Assembly (NCBI GenBank): GCA_016748015.1
Contig: JAAOMT010000226.1
Span: forward strand, 62,001-126,000
DNA from: Geosiphon pyriformis uo1
Lineage: Eukaryota > Fungi > Glomeromycota
DNA: 64,000 bases
Direction: 5' to 3'
Part shown: piece after piece, positions 54,901-64,000 of the stretch
How positions within the stretch are numbered: the first letter of the stretch is position 1
Layout: every line of letters begins with the position of its first letter
Translations under genes and position numbers: made by a program
The notes under the pieces: model-generated
Told to the model about the DNA's origin: nothing
Database searches by the model: none
Seen by the model: the letters and a program-made list of their open reading frames with translations, nothing else

Positions 54901-55590
54901 GAGGAAGTAAACATCCTCCAAAACCATTGACTCTAAAAAATAATCTTCTGACAATTATAAGTTTTTTCTAAACCAACTTCTTGATAACATTGTTCAAACT
55001 AATATTTAAATCAAAAAACTTTCTAATTAAAACATTGACCAGGTTTTTCAAAAAAAAAAAGAGGACTACAGAATTATTCAAAAGAATGTCATTATTAGTA
55101 CTATTGTCCAGAAAATTAATTTTGTCTAATGGCTTGCCCAATGCCTTTTTGGTAATCAATCTAAGATCCTTTGGCATTTAATTTGTATCTCTTCCTTTTA
55201 AAACCTCTCCTTTTTCATAATCTACACTAGTTTTCTTGACCAAAAACTTCTCTTTTATATTGACACTATTAGATTCTGTGATATCATTAGCTTTAAATTC
55301 TCAAAAACTATCAATTGCTTTTTCAGACAAGATTACTTTATAAACAGCACCATCTCTTAGAACATCTTCTTTTCTCTTCTTTTTAGATACAATATCTTTG
55401 CTAATAGTATCAACACCAAAGTTTTTTACAGATTTCTTCATTACAGCAATATTACAATCAACAGTAGTCTTATAATCAAGCAAAAAAAGTTTGAATTTAT
55501 CATATTGAATGGTTAAAAAACTTTTTTCAAAAAACTTCTTAACTCTTTTTTGGGAATTTGAGATGAGAAAGAGAAAGAAATTTTTATTTT
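48971..55590 (-). mobile_element. Non-LTR retrotransposon (LINE): ORF1 (CCHC knuckle) and ORF2 APE-RT-RNase H-zinc finger, decayed, with an internal inversion
   Basis: ORF1 ~55500-53658 (CAKCKKFG..SC). ORF2 ~53655-48987: KTI(D)YMFVSS, GAFV(DD>NN)TI near 51345, RNase H ELQAI..SQAAL..KVKxHSGVPGNxxAD, and CLFC..E..NHAFFC. Confidence 0.92.
53161..53626 (+). other. Inverted segment of the LINE endonuclease domain
   Basis: The plus strand reads ..NNxAKQADVI..NKFD..VILGGNFNED..SFKKC, while both flanks read on the minus strand. Confidence 0.85.
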
Positions 55591-56520
55591 TTATTTTTAA
55601 ATTGGAATATTAATTAAAAATTTTAAAAAAAAAAGAGAAAAATACCAGAATATTATTATTATTAATACTATAAATATTAAAATCAATTTTTTTATGATTT
55701 TTTAAATACATATTTTGTTACAATTCTTTTTGGCTCTTTAAAAATTATGTTGACATTTTTTGCTTTGATTTTTTACTATTTTTAAGCTAAAAACTGGTTT
55801 TTTTATAAGAAATTTTTTATTTATGTTTATGTTTTCTATTTTAATAATGTTTTTAGCATTTGAACCAGCTATTTTGTCAATTGAAAATACATTTTAAAAA
55901 GCACTAACACTAATTAAAACAACAGATTTTTTTAAGATTCTATTTTTGTAATTTTTTTTAACAAATAAATTTGTAATTATTAAGCCAATACCAGATTTTT
56001 TGATTTTTTATATTTAAATTACAGTTAATGCTAATTGTTTTATAGTTAAATAGAAAGAATTTTAAAATATTTAATTGAATAATAAAATAAAATAAAAAAA
56101 CTTCTTTTAAAAATTTTTTATTTTTTTTGGAAATTTGAAACATAGAAAGAAAAAGGTTTTTTATATATAATATTAATTAATTAATTTATTAAATTATATT
56201 TTGAAAATTAGATTAAATAAATAAAAATTAGAGTTTTTTTTTGTTTTTTAAAAATAATATTAATTTTAATAATACTTAAAAAATAATTACAAGTTATCAA
56301 AGTTTTTTTAAATAAATAGTTTTTATTTTGGTATTTAATAAAATACAAAAAATTAAATTAACTTATATTAAAATCTGTTTTTAATTTTTATATAATTCTA
56401 AGTTTTTTTAAATATTACTATCTAAATTGTGTTTGTTAATTTTTTAAAATTGCAAAATTTTTTATAATATTTGTTTTTGTTTTTATAATTTTGTATAATG
56501 TTTTTTAAAATTTGGTTATT

Positions 56521-59500
56521 AAAAATAAAAACTTTCTCTTATTGATCCTCTGGTTACAATAAGAGTGAGATATTGTCAGAGAAAAAGTTTTTTTCTACTC
56601 CCTTTTCTCTTTATACTTTCAACTATTTCTTCAGACATATCTTTATTTGTGAACATAGAACCAGCAAGTCCTGCTGCTAGTGGCTCTGGATCTGCTTCTG
56701 CTGGTTTAGGGACCTGGCTTGATGTAAAAAAAAGAGGATTAATAGTGTGTACTCTTATAGTACATCTTACAAAAAACCTAAGAATCCCAAAGTCAGCATT
56801 GGTGTGGTTGATTTGTCTGCTGGCCTGTTGGGCCTGGCTGATATTGGTAACATTAACAGTAAGTTTTCCAAATCTTGGGGCAGTGAAATGGAAAGTGAGG
56901 TGAGTAGCATGAGTGGTCTGTCAGACTTAGAGAACATGAAAAATACTGTCACTGAAGAAACTAGTTACACTGACTCAGACACTTCTGTGGTCAATGACAT
57001 AGAGAACAACACCACTCTCAGGAAAACACACATTCACACATACATATTAAGTCAGCCTCCAAAGATTCCTTTATTTAACGTTTTAAGTGATAATGAAAAT
57101 TTGGTGGCTCTTCCATCTCCTAAGTTCATAGGCTCCAAGAAATTGCACTCTGTCAGATCACATGTATCGGAAAAGTGTATTTTTGATCCAGTTAAGTCAT
57201 TTGTGTTGGATATTAAATTTTTTGTCTTGCCTGGCAAAACTATTGGTGACAAATTGATTGCTGTGAAAAAAATGTTTTATTGGATAGACAGTTTTAAAGA
57301 GGCATCTGCTCTTTCAAAACTCCCAGGCATCATTAGGTCTTCTTTTACTTCCAAATTAAGTTTAATTAAAGCCAAGGAATTGGTAATCAGTAAAAAAATT
57401 TTGGTAAATATTGATGTTAGGAAACCAAACAACCATTCAGATCAGAAAGTAATAGTCAAAGAAATCTTAGTAGATCTTTTCAAATCAGCAGTTGTATCAG
57501 TTTTTTTTAAATTCAGCAAGATTGTATCAGTAAGAATGCGGCTAATTGGTCTTTGGCAAAAAGCCTGGGTGGAATTTGAATTATCAGATGTGGCTAGCAT
57601 GGTTGCTGCCAAATAGTCAGTTCTTATGAGAAAAAATTCAGTAAGGGTGGCATTGGCTGTTGATAATAAACAAACATGAATATCAAGGAATTATTATAGG
57701 GCTTTACTCTACATCTTATCAATTGGTACTACTGCACATGATTTAGCTTCTTATGATGAAAGAACATGTTTCATTGGCTGCAATCCAGTTTCGTATGCTC
57801 ATAACAGATGTGCAGTGGTTTGTTTTGATAGTGAAAAATTGAGAAATGATGCTATTGGTTCTTTGCTGGTTTTTAGGGGTGTGAATTTAAGATGGGCTGG
57901 TCTTTTTCTGGTTTGTTGTGCTAAGTGTGACCAATTTGGTCATGTTTCTGATGATTGCTCTGTGGGTAGGAATTCTGGTGCTCATGGGAAATGGGTAGTG
58001 ATCTCTTAAGATTAGGTTTACTTAGCCAATATATATAAGAAGAAGCAGGCACTTATTGCTCATCCAGTTTCTTTTGGTGGCAAAACTTGAATGCAGATTG
58101 TCAGTAATTCTTCTTCTTGTGTTGTTTTTTCATCTCCGTTAAATGTGAGAGTAGTGTCAAGTGCAGAAACTCTTCACACAGCTTCTGCTCCTTTTGATGT
58201 TTCTAGTTTTAATAATTGTTTGGCTTTTTTGAAGCACTCTCTGAAGCTTGTGGTGACCAGGTTTCTGACATACTGAAGAAATTAAGTTCTGTTGATTCAA
58301 TGCCTCTGTCTTTGGTTTTTCAGATGTCCTCTCCAGTTGCTTCTGCCTCTTTAGTGTTAAATTTGGTCTTGGATATGGCTTTAGATAGTGTGTTGGTGCT
58401 GCCAACCCCTTCTCTTCCTGATGTTGACATTTTGCTCTCTGATTTCAGTCTCAGCAGTTCGAAGGTCCTGACCACCAAAGTGTGTGGTTTGAAGTCAAAG
58501 ATGATGGCTTTGGAAGTGTTGATCCATTTGGTGCTGGCTAGGTTAGATTCTTTGGGCTCTGGTTTGGGTTTTCTGTCTTCCTTTTTTTTCTAATAAGTAG
58601 TATGATTTGGAGATTTGGATTGCTAATAAGTTTGATGGTGTGCAGATATTCATGTCTGGTATAGATAAGAGTTATAATAATGTTGGTATGGCTGTTATTA
58701 TGAACAATTCCTTGGCTTGTCATGTTTCCAAAGTAAAAGAGATTCCAGAAAGAATTATTTTAATACGACTCTTGTTTAAGGGCAAGCTCTCAGTTACTGT
58801 CTTGGATTTGTATGCTAGTGCTTTGGCTGGGATTAGATTTGATCAGACTTCAGAGGTAAACTCTCTCATTGCCAAGGCCATTAACTCTAACACTTTTATG
58901 GTACTGAGTGGTGACTTTAATGAAAATGGATCTGAGAGGAGTGCGAGTTTCAAATTTTGTTTGAATTTGGGTTTGATTAATTCTTTTATGGGTCATTCCT
59001 TGGTCAAAGCTGCTACATAGAACAATTCAATGAGAATTGAGAAGACTATTGACTACATTTTTGTTAGTAGAAACTTGGCTTCAGCAGTTGCAGGTTACAT
59101 AATTGGCTCTGTTTCTGGTTTTTTTAACACTGATTACAAGACTGTTATAGTGTCTATAGGTTTGGGTGGCCTCTTAAACAGCTGTTTGAATAGCTTGTGC
59201 AAACAGGTGAATAAAGATCATTGGAAATTCAATATTAAGGATGCAGATGGCACCAAGTGGGCTAAATTTAGAGATTGTGTGGCTTTCAAGCTGTTTTTAA
59301 CAGAGAACAAACTTTTTGATACAGAGACATATGGTAAAATAAATAATATGTGAACTATTCTAGAGAAGATAGTAATAGAATTGGCTGATGAGATATTTTC
59401 AAGGTGTTGGTTCAGTGAGTTTTAGTGTTCAAGAAACAGACATTCTTCTAGGTTTTTTGGATTGGAAATGTTGGTTGCCAAAATTGTTAAGAAATTTAAT

Positions 59501-62500
59501 TCTGGTAATGCTGTTGGGGTTGATAGTTTTGTAAAAACTTGGTCAATCTTGAATAATGCCAAAGCCTGTGCTTTTACTAACCTGGTTCTTTCGGATAACC
59601 ATCCTGTGTTTATTTTCAAACATTTGTCTGTGGTCCATAAAAGTTATAAGAAGTCTAAGATACATGAATCGAGATTGGCTAAGGAGGCATCTATTAGGAA
59701 GGCAATAGAGAAGCAGATGGAGAAATTTTGTTCTGATAAAGGTGGCATAATTAAAAATGTTCTGGACCAACTCTTTCACAAGGTGGTGCTAAATCACTTG
59801 GTGGTGGATGATGAGCTGGTTGTGGAACCAACCAAAGTTAAGTCTAATATAGATAGAATCATGGAAAGTTGGACAAGAAAACGAAAAGTGCCTCCAGTTT
59901 TGCCTGATCATTGGGCCTACCAGTATGCACTTTTGAATTATATAAGAAATAATACTTTTTCTGGTGTGATGCATTCTATTGGCTTGAACAATTTACTTTT
60001 GGTTATTAGTGGTTTACTTGATGGGAAGGCTGCAGGCTTATCTGGCATCCCTAATGAACTGTGAAAGCATAGTGGTAATGCAATAATAGGTTGCCTATTA
60101 AGGCTGTTAAATATGTACTTAAATGTGGGTGGTATGTCTGTTCTATGGAGGAGGGCATAGATATCAATGATTCCAAAACCCTATGACTGGGATGGAATTC
60201 TTACAAACACTTATCCTATTGCATTAATTGAAACCCCAAGAAAGATTCTTTTTAAGATTCTATCTGACCATATTTTGTTTGCCTGCAATAAATTTGGCGT
60301 CTTCCAGAATGATAACTTTTCTATGTTAAAGGGCACTTCTATGCAATCTCCAGTGTTTGCTGTTGGGTCCGTTATTGAAGATGCTCTTGAGAAGAACAGA
60401 GAAATTTGGTTGGTTTTACAAGATATACAAAAGGCTTATGATTCTGTTAGTTGGTACTATCTGAAGGCTAGTTTGCTGCAGATCAAAATGTGTGACAGAT
60501 TTATAAAATTTTTTGGTAGTATATATGAGAATAGGATTAATAAGGTTATGACTAATTTTGGTCTGTCTGATGGCTATAGGGTGTATGATAGATTGGATTA
60601 GAGTGAGGTCTTTTTACCTTTTCTCTGAAGAGTATTTTATAATCCCCTTCTGTGCAAAATTAAGAGACATAAACAATTGTGTGGGTACTGGATTAATACT
60701 AAATTTGTTTCAAGGTCGGGAAGAATTGAGAATAGTGGAAAGATGACATCTCATTTTGTGGCTGGTGCATTTGTTAATGACACAATTTGGGTTGGGAACT
60801 GTCAGGCTTTGATTCAATATACTTTGAACATTTTCAGCAAATTCTTTGATGTTAATGACATTTCCATTAACAATGATAAGACAGTCACTATCCCTATTAA
60901 TCAAGATGTTAAAGTTGCTTCTTTGAGTATTTGTAGTTAGCCAATTTCGAAAAAGAGCAAAGCACATCATTATTTAGGAATTTTTTTGTCTACTGAGAGA
61001 CTGTTCAAGCTGAGTGTTGCCAAAGCTTATTCTGATGTTTGTTTTTTTGTTAATGTTGTGTTGAAAAAAGCTATCACTGATAAACAGTTCTCATATTTGG
61101 TGTTGACAGTTTTGCAGCCTATCATTAGTTATTGGACTCAATTCAGTTTTGTTTTATTGAATGTTTGTCACAAGTAAAATGTCATGGTTAAGAAGAGTTT
61201 CAAGCTTAAGGCCTGTCTTCTTCATGACTTTTCTGATGCAGCTTTTCATCATCCTTTGTTTTATAGTTTAAAAACCTTTGAACAGATTCAGTCTGAAAAT
61301 AAACTGGCTGCTGTGATCTTTTTTTCTAATGCTTTGGACATTCTGGGATGCTTGTTCAATTATAGATTTTTGGATTTGCAGATTATGAGCTGGGCTCCTA
61401 TAAATCTCTTGCAGTTTCCTGTCAGGTTACATGTTAGTTCTGTGAACAATTTTTTGGCTGGTGTAGTGAAAGTTTTTTTGAGCAACGAGCTATCTTTGGC
61501 AAATAATCTGCCAAATGCCTTTCATAGTCCTGGTGTTTTTCCTATATCATTGGGATTAAAAGATGCTCTTTACTTCAGTTTTGTGTGTTCTTTGAAGCAT
61601 TTTGGTGTTGTATTTGGTAACAGGCTGCTGGATAAAAAGGGGCATGTGATGGACTAGAAAACCTTTTGGCAGTAGAAAAAGCTTGATCTGAAGGGTTCTG
61701 TCTCTTCCTGGTTTATTAAGAAATCTTGGCTTAGCTGATATCTCTAATGGTGCAGCTGTGTACTTTTCTGCTGTGGATCTTAGTCTTGGATTAAGGTTTG
61801 GGGTTTGTTGTCTTTTATTTTGGCTGAATTACAGGCCATTGCTTTGGCACTGGAATGTGTCCCATTCTCTTATATGATAACAGTGCATACTGATAGTCAG
61901 GCTGCCATTGACACTTGTGTGTCTGAGATGTCTGCTGCTGTGCCTGATTTCTGTGTTCCATGTTGAGTGGAGAGGTGTCACATTTTCAATTTGGTTTATG
62001 AGAAAGATATCAATGTGAAATAGATAAAGATTAAAGGTCATTTTGGTATTTGTGACAATAAAAAAGCTGATGCTATGGCTGGTAATACTACATGCTCTCA
62101 GTTTTCCTTGCTGGTGGGAGTACAAAAATGTTTCTTGATGGCTAAGGACATGGTTGTGTTTGGCAATTCTTGGCATTTTATTCAAAACTTGTACAGATCT
62201 ATTTGTCATGCTCATTGGGAAGTTGGACTTGGTTGTAATATTGTTCCAAATGCTTTGATTGGAAATATTAACTGGAGAGCCACTTCAAGAGTATAGCATC
62301 TTGACTTGCATATGCTTGTGGGGTCTACTAGTCAAAAGTTTTCAGTTCTACATTTGTATCTAATAAAAGCTGTACATCATAACTTCTAGTGGCAGTTAGG
62401 AAAAAATTGTATAATAAAAGTTATCCTGGTGTACAATGTTTGCTGTGTGGTAAAGTGGAGCTGCCTGATTATGTTTTTTCATGTGCCTTGAATATTGGTG

Positions 62501-62841
62501 TTCAGGAGGAGATTTTGGCTAAGGCTTCTGCTTCTTGAATATCTTTGGTAGGAGCTGGTGCTTTGTCTTCTTCTACTGTTTTGTGGTTTCTTGATCTGTG
62601 CTTATTAGATATTGGTCTATACTCAATTGTGTGCAAAGGGTTTGTTATGGAGGATTGGTATGTGGAAGCAGCTGGAGTTTTTGATAATAGAAAAGAGACT
62701 GTGGGTGTTGTTGTCGATTATGTAAGATGTTTTGTTAAGTTACATTGTTCTAGGATCTGGCTGGTGAGATTTAAGCATAAGGTAGATATAGAAAGAGCTG
62801 GTTTGGTCAGGAATGGTGAGTTGGTGTCAGGTCTGACATGG
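56521..62841 (+). mobile_element. Second LINE (related subfamily, least decayed element here); its 3' end is interrupted by an LTR element
   Basis: ORF1 ~56650-58593 (CAKCDQFGHVSDDC). ORF2: LSGDFNE, KTIDYIFVS, YPIALIET.RK, QDIQKAYDSV, GAFVNDTIW, RNase H AELQAIALALECVP/TDSQAA, CLLCGKVE. Internal deletions near 58610 and 61725. Confidence 0.93.
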
Positions 62842-64000
62842 TGTTACAAGTAATTATTTGGGGTCTTAAATCAAATAACAAACTCATAACTTGGTGCTCA
62901 ATATCTACTCTGATGGCTGATGGTGATAGTATTAGTATGTTGTCTTTATCTGAAGGTTTTGATTGAGAGTCTTTTGTATAATAGACAGAGATTCAATGAT
63001 GAAATAGTTGGTTGGTGAATGGTGTTCCCAATTTTTGTCTTCAGTTTGGTGGCCAGTTTATTTTGGCAGTTGTGCTTTTTTAGTAAGCTATCTGTTAATA
63101 TATATATAATTTTATCCTTATTTCTGGGTCTTTTACCAGACTATCTGTAATGTTAATTACTCAGTGCTTTAATCCTTAACCAGTTAGTATACAACAAGAA
63201 AATCAAGAAAAAGAAAATAAAAAGAAGAAAATAAAGAAATGAGCCAAGACAATATGCAAGTTAGGATCTGTCAATAGCCGTGATCAAGAGCTATTGTTTC
63301 AGTGTGGTTAAGTATCAATTGCTATCAACATGAAATGTTAATAGTGAAGAGTAAGTGGAATGGTAAATAATTATTTATTAATATTTGTGAATAGAAGGTT
63401 GCTTAGATAAAATCTAAACTAAGAAGTCTCTAATGGAAGGATTCTGTTTTTTTACTTTTAACACTACTGCTATATATACATAATTAATGTTCTATGAGAT
63501 TGCTCACATTCCTGAGTGATGTGCTATGATTTCTTGAGCAATGTGCTCATGTACCACATACTATTCACTTATTGGTCTACTATTTCCCTATATCTGTTTT
63601 CTTTTTATGAGTAATATTATCTTCTTCTTTTTAATATTGAGCTCCGTCAAAATCTTCATTCTGAATTAGCTCTAATACTTTTTTTTCTAGTATTGTTTGT
63701 TCAATTTTATTTTTTACGTTTTCTACTTGTATATTGTTCATTCTTCCCCATTAATTAATGGTTATGGTTTCCCATGTCAGAGTGTAACAGTATTTCTGGA
63801 TAGTTCTAAAATATGTTGTGTAGTCAATAAATTGTTCTCACATATAGTGTTGAGTTTGTCTTTTTTTCAATAAATTCTTTAATTTGCTGTATTATGTTTT
63901 GGTTAAATACTCTTTTGAATTTGTTGATATACAACTTCTGAATATTCAACTTTTGACCTAATTAATAGTAGCAGTATAATATTGGAAGTTGTTCTGTCTA
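62842..64000 (-). mobile_element. Gypsy family-B-related element (3' LTR 62842-63616, PPT and 3' ORF), continuing beyond the window
   Basis: The LTR aligns with solo LTR 3846-4705; 63617-64000 is a reverse-complement homologue of ~36870-37263. Confidence 0.88.

Noticed and set aside
49454-62853. Many separate ORFs in the track
   Set aside because: They are stop-broken fragments or antisense shadows of LINE ORF1/ORF2, not independent genes.

Overview
Very AT-rich eukaryotic DNA, most likely from an early-diverging fungus (Glomeromycotina/Mucoromycota-like; this is inferred from gene and TE style, not searched). There are only two intact, intron-containing host genes, facing each other in CpG-retaining islands: a UBE2E-family ubiquitin-conjugating enzyme (11937-13212, +, 6 exons, 198 aa) and a small TMEM14-like membrane protein (16855-17674, -, 4 exons, 162 aa). 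Most of the rest is decayed retroelements, mutated mainly by C>T/G>A transitions. These are: two Ty3/Gypsy family-A copies (667-7576 +; 21434-39073 -); a dUTPase-bearing Gypsy family B (full copy 28168-38154, solo LTR 3846-4705, related copy from 62842 to the window end); an older dUTPase-bearing relative C (~19350-47924) forming a three-level nest C>A>B; two more solo LTRs; two head-to-head APE-RT-RNaseH LINEs (48971-55590 -; 56521-62841 +); and an ORF1-only LINE derivative (7705-9411). The most unexplained signal is a recurrent motif, GTGGCTGGTCACGTGTAAAAAGTGCATAAGTCACG, with a partner TAGTGGTTGGGCCACACTCGTTAA. It sits at the 3' ends of two different non-LTR elements and at the edges of the gene islands. 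Element proteins quoted below were read by eye across stops and transitions; no database search was possible.
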